Below are positions 31,864-41,577 of a stretch of 64,000 bases of DNA, piece by piece (within the stretch, counting starts at the first letter, position 1; each line of letters starts with the position of its first letter). The stretch is from an uncultured Bacteroidales bacterium. GTDB taxonomy: Bacteria > Bacteroidota > Bacteroidia > Bacteroidales > UBA10428. The stretch lies in contig CAWEGX010000019.1 in assembly GCA_963808745.1 (NCBI GenBank), forward strand, positions 10,212 through 74,211, written 5' to 3'. The notes below the pieces were generated by a model. It was not told the origin of the DNA. It searched no databases and saw nothing but the letters and a program-made list of their open reading frames with translations. The position numbers and the translations under genes were made by a program.

Positions 31864-34113
31864 TTATTTACGCAGAATAAGAACAGACGGAGTCTTTTTA
31901 AAAAATTCCTGCCTTTTCCATCCTTCCGAACTTACAAGTATCAGGTCGTACTGCTGGATCGGATCAATTATATTTGCAACTAAAATGTGATTTTGATTTT
32001 GAATATTTTGTTCAATGAGCTGAATAGTGTTTTCTAAAACCGGATTATTGTTTATTTTTTCCTGGGCATCCCACACAGTCAACTGTGTATCTGAATGAAC
32101 GATGAACTTTTTGGCAAATTCAAGAACAAAGACATCATTTTCTGCAAAAACAGCAATCAAAACTTTATTAATATTTTTTATTCCTTTATTCAAAAGTATA
32201 CCCACCGGAATTTTGGTTCTCGAAAGTATCTTCCGGGTGCGATCATCAAATAAAATGTGGTCCGGCAAATTCTTGCTTCTGAATCTGTTTAATACCCAAT
32301 CAGGATTAACAATATTTAAAGTATAGCCCAACATTTTCCCAAGCATGCTGCCTTCAAATATTGAGTGTCCGATTCCCATCAGTAACAGGTCGTAGCTACC
32401 GTGATTTGCTTCTTCGGTAATATCAACATCTATATTTTCTGAAACCCTGAAAATGGGGGTTATTTTTTTATTTAAAATACCCGATTCTTTCATGATCGGA
32501 GTAAAACTTTCCCGTTCATATTCATCTATTTTGTATTTATTGAACAGATTACCCGGTGAAAGATGCAATGCGGTAATGGATGCGTTATTATCAGATTTTG
32601 GCAGAAGCCTGTGTGCAAGTCGCAGCAAGGAGCGTCCCATCTCGGGCTTTCCGAAAGATATAAGTATTTTGTATTTGCCTGGTTGACCCCTTTCCGGGAT
32701 ATGTGCCTTCTTTACGGCAAAAATCCTGTCAATGAGATCTAAGGAGGGTGAGGTCATAAAGGTTGTAACAAGAGCCATTATAACCAGCATGGTAAATATT
32801 TCAGGTGTCAGCACACCAAGTTCGAATCCAATGTTTAAGGCAACGAGTTCCACCAATCCGCGCGTATTCATTAAAGCACCAATGGTGAGACTATTCTTCC
32901 AATTCTGTCCGACAAACCGGGCCGCCAGGGTACTGCCAACAAACTTTCCGGTCACGGCTACAAGTATTATTATACCACAGATCATCCATAAATAGGGATC
33001 ATTCAGTAATCCTACCTGGGTCCTGAGACCGGTATAGACAAAGAACAAGGGCAACAGCAATACAAGGGCAATATCTTCTACTTTTTCAATAAGAAATTGC
33101 TTGAACTTCTGGTTATCCGGCATGATGGTCCCCGCCATAAAAGCCCCGAAAAGGGCATGAATGCCAATTATTTCGGTTGCATAGGAAGACATGATTAAAA
33201 TAAGCAAGAATAAGGCTACAATGGGTTTGCTTAAATTTTCACGGGAAGCATACAGGTCACCAATCCTCTTTAAGAAGGGCCTTAGAACTTTAAGCATGAT
33301 AAAAAGATAAATCAATGCCATGGCAAGTGTGGGTATGGCACTGATCAGTGAACCGGCTTTAACAATTGCTATTACAGCAGCAAGTGCCGACCATGCGGTT
33401 ATATCATCCACCGCAGCACAGGTTATAACAAGCGTTCCAAGGTGTGTTTTATGAATGCCCCTTTCCTGTACCATTCTGGCCAGCACCGGAAAGGCCGTGA
33501 TACTCATGGAAATTCCCATGAAAAGGCTAAAAGACAGAAATTTTACACCCTGTGGGGCAAAAGTACGGTAAGTAAAAAAGGCAAGACCCATACCCAGGGT
33601 GAAAGGTATAATAATACTGGCATGGCTAACAACCACAGCCTCATTCGCTTTATTCTTTAATGCCTTAAGATCCAGTTCCATACCAATAACAAACATAAAC
33701 AATATCAAACCGATCTGGCTGAGAAACTGGAGATTGCTTAATGAATCCGCAGGGAATAAGGATGCTGATAATGCAGGAAAGTATCTACCGATTAATGAAG
33801 GACCAAGGACAATACCGGCAACTATTTCACCTATCACGACAGGTTGATTGATCATTTTGAATAACCAGCTGAATATCCTGGCGGCAATTATTATAGTTAT
33901 TATTTGTAATAACAGTACAGATAACGGGTGCCCAATGTTCTGCATAAATGAATCAGTGAAAAGGATCCATGGACTCTTTGCACTTGCAGTATGAACCGTA
34001 TTCATCCCCGTTTCAAGGTTCTTTCCGAATTTAATAATCCATATCATTAAGGCTGAGAAAACGCCAATGGTTGCGACATAAAATAGCAGGTTTTTGAACC
34101 TAATATTTCTCAT
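31864..34113 (-). CDS. cation:proton antiporter (CPA2-type) with C-terminal cytoplasmic regulatory (USP-like) region
   Basis: About 12 TM segments with VIGEIVAGIVLGPSLIG and MNTRGLVELV motifs. Roughly 300-aa soluble C-terminus. Confidence 0.8.
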   Translation of the reverse strand: MRNIRFKNLLFYVATIGVFSALMIWIIKFGKNLETGMNTVHTASAKSPWILFTDSFMQNIGHPLSVLLLQIITIIIAARIFSWLFKMINQPVVIGEIVAGIVLGPSLIGRYFPALSASLFPADSLSNLQFLSQIGLILFMFVIGMELDLKALKNKANEAVVVSHASIIIPFTLGMGLAFFTYRTFAPQGVKFLSFSLFMGISMSITAFPVLARMVQERGIHKTHLGTLVITCAAVDDITAWSALAAVIAIVKAGSLISAIPTLAMALIYLFIMLKVLRPFLKRIGDLYASRENLSKPIVALFLLILIMSSYATEIIGIHALFGAFMAGTIMPDNQKFKQFLIEKVEDIALVLLLPLFFVYTGLRTQVGLLNDPYLWMICGIIILVAVTGKFVGSTLAARFVGQNWKNSLTIGALMNTRGLVELVALNIGFELGVLTPEIFTMLVIMALVTTFMTSPSLDLIDRIFAVKKAHIPERGQPGKYKILISFGKPEMGRSLLRLAHRLLPKSDNNASITALHLSPGNLFNKYKIDEYERESFTPIMKESGILNKKITPIFRVSENIDVDITEEANHGSYDLLLMGIGHSIFEGSMLGKMLGYTLNIVNPDWVLNRFRSKNLPDHILFDDRTRKILSRTKIPVGILLNKGIKNINKVLIAVFAENDVFVLEFAKKFIVHSDTQLTVWDAQEKINNNPVLENTIQLIEQNIQNQNHILVANIIDPIQQYDLILVSSEGWKRQEFFKKTPSVLILRK

Positions 34114-34378
34114 GAAACAGGTAGTTTATTTTTCTGGTAATGTAAAATTCAGCAATATTCTTCAAAATTAAAACCCTTGCCGGCTTTTCATCAGGGGTAA
34201 CATAACTGAAATCCACGCTACGTAAGAAAGTAATGAAATTAAAGAAGACTGCATTTTTATTATGTCGTTATACTCTTTTTCGTGATTGTTTCTTAATTTT
34301 TCCTTTTCGCGAATGAATTATACTTTCTTATGGTTTAATTAACATATTTGCGGAGCAAACCACATATACCAATATCAT

Positions 34379-35637
34379 ATGAAAATCAATACATTGTCAT
34401 TTATTTTATTATTATTTCTTTCCGGTTTTATTAATGCGCAGGACATCAGTGAATGGCGTGAAGAAAACCGGACCGGGGTTTCTGCAGAAACCGGACTGTT
34501 AAAATCCTGGCCTGCTGAAGGCCCAACCCTGCTTTGGTCCAATCTTGAGCTCACAAAAGGAAATTCATCGGCTTCCTTTGGAAAAAATAAAATCTATATA
34601 ACCGGATTGAAAGACGGGAACGATATACTTTATGCCCTGGACATGAATGGAAAGATTCTCTGGCAGACAGTTATGGGCAGGGCCTGGACGGATTCATACC
34701 CTGAAAGCAGGGCTACGCCGACTGTTGAAGGGAACATGGTATACACCTGCAGCGGATATGGTGATCTTGCCTGTATTGACGGAACCACCGGAAATATCAT
34801 TTGGTCGTATAAAGCCAGCGAACTGAACAAAGGCACTTATGGGAAGTGGGGCATTGCCGAATCGCTCCTGATCGATGGCGATAAGCTTTATTTTTCACCA
34901 GGAGGGCCTGAGACCATGACCATTGCCCTTAAAAAATCGACACGGGGAACTGATATGGAAATCTGAAAGTCTGAATGACAAGCCAGGATATGTTTCACCA
35001 ATCCTTATCAATTATGCAGGCAGGAAAATGATCGTAAATGTTTCCATGGGACATGTTTTTGCAGTTGATGCTTCAAATGGCGAAATTCTCTGGAAAGTCG
35101 CTCATACACAGTCAACTGATCCCAATATGGGGAGATTTGAACTTATTAAATGCACAACACCCTTATACAATGAAGGTATGGTGTATGTAACCGGAGGTTA
35201 CGACACCGGGGGAATGATGATCAGAATGGCTGCTGATGGAAAGAGCGCAAAAGTAGCCTGGACCGACCAGGTATCTGGATGATCACCATGGAGGTGTTGT
35301 GCTTGTTAACGGATGTATCTACGGTTCAAACTGGGTGAATAACGGCACAGGCAACTGGTGCTGCATTGATTGGAATACCGGGGAAAAAAAGTGGGAACAA
35401 CGCTGGAACTGTAAGGGCTCTATTATATCTGCCGAGGGTATGCTTTATATCTACGATGAAAAAAATGGAAATGTAGGACTGGTGAGGGCTACTCCTGAAA
35501 AATTCGATCTTGTCAGCAGCTTTAAGGTTACCCAGGGAAGTTCAGGGCCATTCTGGGCACATCCCGTAATCCATGACGGTGTTCTTTATTTAAGGCACAG
35601 TAATGCTTTAATGGCTTATGATATTAAGGCAAAATAA
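34379..35637 (+). pseudogene. PQQ-like (BamB/PQQ_2-type) beta-propeller repeat protein P1, secreted; two frame changes
   Basis: Signal peptide, then EWREENRTGVSAETGLLKSWPAEGPTLLW. Blades such as LACIDGTTGNIIW and WCCIDWNTGEKKW. ORFs 34379-34966, 34923-35282 and 35299-35637 join at ~34945 (KKSTGELIWKS) and ~35270 (LDDHHGGVVLVNG). Confidence 0.7.
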
Positions 35638-35714
35638 ACTAATTTGGAATGCAAAACAGAGGCGGGATATTCTAATCCATTACCATATTGTTCAGCAAAA
35701 AACTGAGAGGAGTA

Positions 35715-37046
35715 ATGAAAATGAAAAAGAGTCGTGCCTGTATTCCCATGATTTTCCTGATGGTTTGCATGGCAAATGTTTATGCACAAGACTGGCCGCA
35801 GTATCTTGGGCCCAACAGAAACAGCATATCACCCCAGAAGGGTATCTTGCGTTCCTGGCCTGAAAAGGGACCTGAAGTTCTGTGGACTGCCAGTCTGGGT
35901 ATCGGTTATGGCGGACCTGTTGCGAAGGATGGGAAGGTGTTTTTGCTGGACAGGGATGACCAGGTTGGAGATATGCTGAAGTGTTTTGACCTCTCCGATG
36001 GAAAGGAACTCTGGAATTTTGCTTACAATGCTCCCGGATCGGTAATGTTTCCGGGCTCGCGCAGTGTGCCGGCTATGGACGGCAATTATGTTTATTCCTG
36101 CGGACCTTACGGTGACCTGTATTGCATTGATATCAACACGCACAAACCCGTTTGGAATAAGAATGTCTGGACTGACTTCGGCGGAGCTGAAATTCCGAAA
36201 TGGGCCATAGCACAGTGTCCCCTGGTTTACGGCGATTTGCTCATATTGGCATCACAGGCACCGCAGGCAGGTGTTGTGGCCTACGAAAAGCTCACGGGAA
36301 AAGTCAAATGGTCAACCCCGTCTCTCGGGGAGGTCGGATATGTTACCCCGGCCATGGTAAAAGTTGGCAGTGAGGATCATGTTGTTATGATAACCGCTTC
36401 AGCCGGAGGCGGTTTTGGCAGAACCGGCAGCGGTGGCAAGGTAGTTGGCATTGATCCGCACTCGGGGAAAATCCTGTGGGAGTATACAAACTGGCAATGC
36501 CGTATTCCCGCGCCCTGTGCAATTGATGCCGGTGATAGCCGGATACTGATAACAGGCGGATACGAAGCGGGTGCGTCCTTGATAAAAGTCGGGAAAAAGG
36601 CCGATGGCACCTATGAGGTCACAGAACTTTACAAAAATGCCGATTTTGGTGCTCATACACAGCCCCCGGTCCTGTATAACGGCTTTTTTTATGCTCAATA
36701 TTCCACCAACGAAAGAAAAGACGGTATGGTTTGTATGAGTATTGACGGCCAGATCAAATGGAAAACCGGGAGGGAACCCCTTTTTGATAAGGGGGGGATG
36801 ATCGTCGCCGATGGATTGCTGCTCAGCACAGATGGAATGAATAAGTTATTCCTTATTGAGCCCGATCCTTCAGCCTTTAAAATATTAGCATCAGCTGAAC
36901 TGCTGAAAGAAGGAGGAGTAAGCAGTGACCCTATGGCTTCAAGAGCAGGTGGCTCAACCCAAAACTGGGCACCGATAGCACTTGTGGATGGAAGGATTCT
37001 TATTAGGGATCAGAACCGGTTATTGTGTGTTAAAGTTGCCCAATGA
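35715..37046 (+). CDS. PQQ-like beta-propeller repeat protein P2, secreted
   Basis: Signal peptide MKMKKSRACIPMIFLMVCMANVYAQ, then DWPQYLGPNRNSISPQKGILRSWPEKGPEVLW. Blades LYCIDINTHKPVW and VCMSIDGQIKW. Confidence 0.8.
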   Translation: MKMKKSRACIPMIFLMVCMANVYAQDWPQYLGPNRNSISPQKGILRSWPEKGPEVLWTASLGIGYGGPVAKDGKVFLLDRDDQVGDMLKCFDLSDGKELWNFAYNAPGSVMFPGSRSVPAMDGNYVYSCGPYGDLYCIDINTHKPVWNKNVWTDFGGAEIPKWAIAQCPLVYGDLLILASQAPQAGVVAYEKLTGKVKWSTPSLGEVGYVTPAMVKVGSEDHVVMITASAGGGFGRTGSGGKVVGIDPHSGKILWEYTNWQCRIPAPCAIDAGDSRILITGGYEAGASLIKVGKKADGTYEVTELYKNADFGAHTQPPVLYNGFFYAQYSTNERKDGMVCMSIDGQIKWKTGREPLFDKGGMIVADGLLLSTDGMNKLFLIEPDPSAFKILASAELLKEGGVSSDPMASRAGGSTQNWAPIALVDGRILIRDQNRLLCVKVAQ

Positions 37047-37063
37047 TTTAGACGTAGCAACCA

Positions 37064-38497
37064 ATGAAATCACGTTTAGAACGACTGATTATCCCGTTAA
37101 CCATTTTCGCTGGTTGCTGCGTTTTATTCTATTGGCTGTTTTACAATCCGGTTAAAGATCTCCATGAAGCAATCCCCGGATCCGACAAACGGCCCGCAAT
37201 CTTAGCATCCTCAGGCGATTCCGTGATCATTGGTGAAAAATTCACTTCCTATGTTGCAGCTTTTGAGACCCATCTTGCAGGCAAGTGGCCGAATTTCAGG
37301 GGAACTGATTTTGACAACATCAGCAAGGAAACTACAAGGCTGATTGACCACTGGCCGCCAGGAGGTCCGAAGATATTGTGGAAAAAGCCCTTGGGTGAAG
37401 GACACGCGGCAGCGGCCATTTATAACGGAAGAGTATATGTACTCGATTACGATGAACGAAAAAAAACGGATGTACTGCACTGTTATTCGCTTGCTGATGG
37501 CACAGAACTCTGGCGCCGCTGGTATTCAGTGGATATAAAACGAAACCATGGTATGTCGCGCACGATCCCTGCAGTTAATGATAAATATGTGGTTACCATA
37601 GGTCCCCGCTGCCAGGTAATGTGCTGTGACGCCATTACCGGAGATCTGATCTGGGGGATTGACCTTGTAAGGAAATTCAGAACCGCCGAACCACTCTGGT
37701 ACACGGGTCAGTGCCCGCTGATCGATAACAATATTGCGGTAATTGCCCCGGGAGGCAGGGCATTGCTGATGGGTGTAGATTGTGCCACCGGAAAGATCGT
37801 TTGGCAGACACCCAATTCCGACAGCGTAAAAATGTCGCATTCCTCCGTGGTTCCCATGACCATAGCAGGAAAAAAAATGTACGTGTATAATGCACTGGGT
37901 GGACTTTGCGGAATTTCGGCAGAAGAAAATGATAAAGGACGTCTTTTGTGGAAAACCAGGGATTTCAACCCGTCTGTCATTGCCCCCTCTCCTATGCATG
38001 CCGGCGGGAACAAGATTTTTGTTACTGCCGGATATGGCGCAGGCGCTGCCCTGTTCCAGGTAAACAGAACCGGTGACTCTTATTCGGTGCAAAAACTGCA
38101 ATCATTTAAGCCATCAGAGGGTATGTCCTCCGAACAACAGACTCCAATTTACAGGAATGGATTCGTATACAACATTCAGAGTAAAGACGCCGGTACCTCC
38201 CGTAATCAGTTTGTCTGCTGCGCACCTGATAATTTTAAGAATATTCTTTGGACCAGCAATACCACAGAGCGTTATGGCCTTGGACCTTACATTATTGCGG
38301 ACAACAAGTTCTATATATTGAGTGACGAAGGAGAACTGACCATTGCCCGGTACAGCACATCAAAATTTGAGGTCCTTGACAAGACCAGAATTATTAAGGA
38401 TGGCCAGGATGCATGGGGCCCGCTGGCTATTGCCGATGGCATGCTTGTAATGCGCGACTCAAAGCAAATGGTTTGTATAGATCTGAAAGCCAATTAA
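37064..38497 (+). CDS. PQQ-like beta-propeller repeat protein P3, N-terminal TM anchor
   Basis: TM helix LIIPLTIFAGCCVLFYWLF. WPNFRGTDFDNIS...WPPGGPKILW. Blades CCDAITGDLIW and VDCATGKIVW. Confidence 0.8.
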   Translation: MKSRLERLIIPLTIFAGCCVLFYWLFYNPVKDLHEAIPGSDKRPAILASSGDSVIIGEKFTSYVAAFETHLAGKWPNFRGTDFDNISKETTRLIDHWPPGGPKILWKKPLGEGHAAAAIYNGRVYVLDYDERKKTDVLHCYSLADGTELWRRWYSVDIKRNHGMSRTIPAVNDKYVVTIGPRCQVMCCDAITGDLIWGIDLVRKFRTAEPLWYTGQCPLIDNNIAVIAPGGRALLMGVDCATGKIVWQTPNSDSVKMSHSSVVPMTIAGKKMYVYNALGGLCGISAEENDKGRLLWKTRDFNPSVIAPSPMHAGGNKIFVTAGYGAGAALFQVNRTGDSYSVQKLQSFKPSEGMSSEQQTPIYRNGFVYNIQSKDAGTSRNQFVCCAPDNFKNILWTSNTTERYGLGPYIIADNKFYILSDEGELTIARYSTSKFEVLDKTRIIKDGQDAWGPLAIADGMLVMRDSKQMVCIDLKAN

Positions 38498-38504
38498 CCC
38501 CGTG

Positions 38505-39494
38505 ATGAAGCAAAAAATAATCATCGGATGCTCGGTAGCTTTGCTGCTTTTAGCGGTCTTTCTGATTGCCCGCGACCTGTTTCACCATTCCCCGACTCAA
38601 ACCGAAGCCACCTGTTGCGGGGATGATTTCGCCAGACTTAAACAAATTGATACCTCACTCCTGGGATATAAAAGGGTCAGCCTTGTCAGGACCAACTTAC
38701 AGGACCTTTCAGGAATTGCCCTGGATGACAGTCAGAATGTATATGTCTGTGGCAACAGGCAGGTAAGTGTTTTTAATGCCGGCGGCAAAAGAACCGGGGG
38801 GTTTAAGACCGATTCGATGGCCGGATGTATTGCTGTTCATGGCAGCGATCTTTACCTTGGCATGGGACCGGGAATAGCTCATTACACTATTCATGGTGAT
38901 CAGGCGGCATTTTGGAAAGCCTATAATGCCAATGGCGTTATTACCTCCCTCACCACGCATGGTGACCAGGTTTACGCTGCAGATGCTTTTAGCAAACGGG
39001 TCCTGAAGTATGAAAAGGATGGCAGATTCATACAGGAAATCGGAAAGAAGGACACCCTCACAGGTTCAATGGGTTTTGTCATACCGAGTTTATATTTTGA
39101 CATAGCATTTGGCGCTTTTAATGACCTTTGGGTGGTTAACCCGGGAAAACTGAGTGTTGAGAATTATACCCCGACGGGGTATCTGCAATCGGCCTGGGGT
39201 AAAGCATCATTTGAAAACAATGGCTTTACCGGTTGCTGCAATCCGGCACATATGGCCGTTTTGCCCGACGGTAATTTTGTAACGTATGAGAAGGGCATTG
39301 ACAAGATTAAGGTATTTGATCCCACAGGCCAGTTTGTATGTATGGTAGCCGGAGCAGGCAGTTTTAAAGGAAATGCCGATTTTCAACTGGGCAAAATTGA
39401 CCTGGTAAAGGATATTGCTTCCGGTTCGGACGGCAGGATTTATGTTTTGGATGCCTATAACCAGATCAATGTTTTTGAGAAAACAGAATATTAA
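38505..39494 (+). CDS. NHL-repeat six-bladed propeller-like protein, N-terminal TM anchor
   Basis: TM helix IIIGCSVALLLLAVFLIA. NHL-like repeats (GIALDDSQNVYVCGNRQVSVFN; DKIKVFDPTGQFV; DGRIYVLDAYNQINVFE). Vicinal Cys pairs in ATCCGDD and FTGCCNPAH. Confidence 0.65.
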   Translation: MKQKIIIGCSVALLLLAVFLIARDLFHHSPTQTEATCCGDDFARLKQIDTSLLGYKRVSLVRTNLQDLSGIALDDSQNVYVCGNRQVSVFNAGGKRTGGFKTDSMAGCIAVHGSDLYLGMGPGIAHYTIHGDQAAFWKAYNANGVITSLTTHGDQVYAADAFSKRVLKYEKDGRFIQEIGKKDTLTGSMGFVIPSLYFDIAFGAFNDLWVVNPGKLSVENYTPTGYLQSAWGKASFENNGFTGCCNPAHMAVLPDGNFVTYEKGIDKIKVFDPTGQFVCMVAGAGSFKGNADFQLGKIDLVKDIASGSDGRIYVLDAYNQINVFEKTEY

Positions 39495-39505
39495 GCATTA
39501 AGCAT

Positions 39506-40066
39506 ATGGACGAAGCTAAAAAAATGAAGAGAAGGGACTTTCTCAATACGGGCATCAGGCTGGGTATTGGGGCCGGATTGGGAGCCATTGCCGTAGGTCT
39601 TACCTCCAGGGCCGTATCAGGTCAGACCATCTGGCAGCTCGACCCATCGAAGTGCGTGCAGTGCGGCAATTGTGCAAAATCCTGTGTATTGCAGACATCA
39701 GCCGTAAAGTGCGTGCATGTTACCGATATGTGCGGGTATTGCGATTTGTGCAGTGGTTACCTTCATGCAGGTACCAAGGAGCTGAATACGGCAGCTGAAA
39801 ACCGGCTTTGCCCTACCGGTGCAATTGTAAGGACTTATGTGGAAGAGCCTTATTTCGAATACAAAATTGTGGAAGAATTGTGTAATGGCTGCGGTAAATG
39901 CGTAAAGGGCTGCGGATCATTTGGCAATGGTTCACTGCAACTTCAGATTCAGCAGAAACTTTGCCTGAACTGCAACCAATGCGCTATAGCCAGGTCATGT
40001 CCTTCTGAGGCATTCAGCCGGGTTGATCACAAAACCCCATATCTTCTGAAAGGGTTTGAAGGTTAA
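39506..40066 (+). CDS. Tat-exported poly-[4Fe-4S] ferredoxin (NapG/NosG-like)
   Basis: Twin-arginine signal KRRDFLNTGIRLGIGAGLGAIAVGLTS. Cys motifs CVQCGNCAKSC, CGYCDLC, CPTGAI, CNGCGKCVKGC and CLNCNQCAIARSCP. Confidence 0.8.
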   Translation: MDEAKKMKRRDFLNTGIRLGIGAGLGAIAVGLTSRAVSGQTIWQLDPSKCVQCGNCAKSCVLQTSAVKCVHVTDMCGYCDLCSGYLHAGTKELNTAAENRLCPTGAIVRTYVEEPYFEYKIVEELCNGCGKCVKGCGSFGNGSLQLQIQQKLCLNCNQCAIARSCPSEAFSRVDHKTPYLLKGFEG

Positions 40067-40121
40067 AAAAAATAAGATCCGGATTTATGAATCATATAAA
40101 CGAAACCAATATAAAGTAACC

Positions 40122-41414
40122 ATGAAGCGCAAGGCCCAATTTTTTACGCTGATGTTGGTTATTTCCCTGCTGGCCTATAATGTGCTCGCTATCCAGAGAT
40201 TCCCCAAGCCTGAATTTGAAAGCGGGTATAAAGTTCCTGCCACGCAGGTAACCAGGGTGCAACACGTAATTTTTGAATACATGGACCTTGTTGTATTTAT
40301 AGGCTGCATGTCACTGATCACCTGGATTATTCTGAAAAAACGTTCACGTAAGGCTGTATTCTGGATCTCGGTTTTCTCATTGCTGTATTTCGGATTTTAT
40401 AGAAAGGGCTGTATTTGTCCCGTCGGATCACTGCAAAATATTACCATGGCGCTGTTCAACCCCCATTACAACATACCTGTTACAGCGATTGCTTTTTTTG
40501 TAATTCCTTTGGGTTTTACCCTGTTTTTTGGACGTACTTTTTGCGCCGGTGTTTGCCCGTTGGGAGCCATACAGGATCTGTTTGCGCTCCGGCCTGTGAG
40601 CCTTAAACCCTGGATCAGATATCTGCTTGGACTTATTCCGTTCATTTACCTGGGCCTGGCAGTATTGTATGCTGCCACCGGCACGGACTTTATTATCTGC
40701 CGGTATGATCCGTTTGTCGGCTTTTTCAGGCACAATGGCACATCCCTTATGTTTGTCATCGGCGGTGTTTTATTACTGACCGGTATCTTTATTGCCCGAC
40801 CCTATTGCCGGTTCTTTTGCCCCTACGGTGTTCTGCTCAACCTGGTCAGCCGCGTTTCACGCCGACATTTGTCCATTGCCGACGGAAAGTGTATCAACTG
40901 CAAATTATGTGAAAATGCATGCCCCTATGATGCCATTGATAAGCCCACCGGCCTTGGTGCAAAAAACGACAACAGGGAACTTGTTAAAAAGCTGATAGTC
41001 TATGGTTTAATAACACCACTGCTGGTTGTTTTAACCGGATGGACCGTATCAAAATATCACGCTGAGTTTTCACACGTGAATTTTAAGGTCAGGCTTGCTC
41101 AGGAAATGATGACTCAGTCTGCAAATGCTGAAACCGGTATTGTTCCTGTTGAAGTTACTACCTTCAAATCTTCGGGTGTGCCGGTTGAAAATCTTTATAA
41201 GGAAGCGGCTGCCATTGTTCAGAAATTTTACACAGGAAGTTGGATTATAGGTTGTTTCATCGGCCTGGTTTTCGGATTGACTCTTGCAAGGCTCACCATA
41301 TTCAGGTACCGGAATGAATACCTGGCCAATAAAGGGAATTGTTATAGCTGTGCAAGGTGTCTGGAGTATTGTCCCGTGAAAAAGGGACCGGGGACCGGGG
41401 TTAGGGATTGGTAG
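40122..41414 (+). CDS. integral-membrane Fe-S protein (NapH/NosH/MauN/RdhC-like polyferredoxin)
   Basis: Multiple TM helices. CICP, FCAGVCPLG and YCRFFCPYG (CxxxCP) motifs, plus CINCKLCENACP and C-terminal CYSCARCLEYCP ferredoxin motifs. Start taken at ATG 40122 because the track start at 40056 is TTG. Confidence 0.75.
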   Translation: MKRKAQFFTLMLVISLLAYNVLAIQRFPKPEFESGYKVPATQVTRVQHVIFEYMDLVVFIGCMSLITWIILKKRSRKAVFWISVFSLLYFGFYRKGCICPVGSLQNITMALFNPHYNIPVTAIAFFVIPLGFTLFFGRTFCAGVCPLGAIQDLFALRPVSLKPWIRYLLGLIPFIYLGLAVLYAATGTDFIICRYDPFVGFFRHNGTSLMFVIGGVLLLTGIFIARPYCRFFCPYGVLLNLVSRVSRRHLSIADGKCINCKLCENACPYDAIDKPTGLGAKNDNRELVKKLIVYGLITPLLVVLTGWTVSKYHAEFSHVNFKVRLAQEMMTQSANAETGIVPVEVTTFKSSGVPVENLYKEAAAIVQKFYTGSWIIGCFIGLVFGLTLARLTIFRYRNEYLANKGNCYSCARCLEYCPVKKGPGTGVRDW

Positions 41415-41577
41415 ATTGCGCGGAGCGCATACGGTATTGAAGAATTGCAGATGGAAGATTGAAGATGGAAGATCCTTGCGCGGAGCGCATACGGTATTGT
41501 AGAAGAATGATGAATTATTAATGATGAATTGCGCGGAGCGCGTCACAATCGTAAATCGTAAATCGTAAATTCAAATA
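41415..41577 (+). repeat. intergenic repeat block: 3 x TTGCGCGGAGCGC(ATACGGTATTG) units plus short tandem repeats
   Basis: Units at 41416-41439, 41476-41499 and 41529-41547, each with a TGCGC-GGA-GCGCA mini-hairpin. aatcgta x3 at 41547-41567. gaagat and atgatgaatt reiterations. Confidence 0.85.

Noticed and set aside
34343-34350. CATATTTG as the Bacteroidetes -7 promoter element (TAnnTTTG) for the cluster
   Set aside because: It is a 7/8 match at a plausible distance (~30 nt before the ATG). A single degenerate match in AT-rich DNA is not sufficient evidence to call a promoter.
39506-41414. A nos or nap gene cluster
   Set aside because: No NosZ (CuA CxxFCxxxHxEM or His-rich CuZ ligands), NosD/F/Y/L, NapA or NapB equivalents are present.
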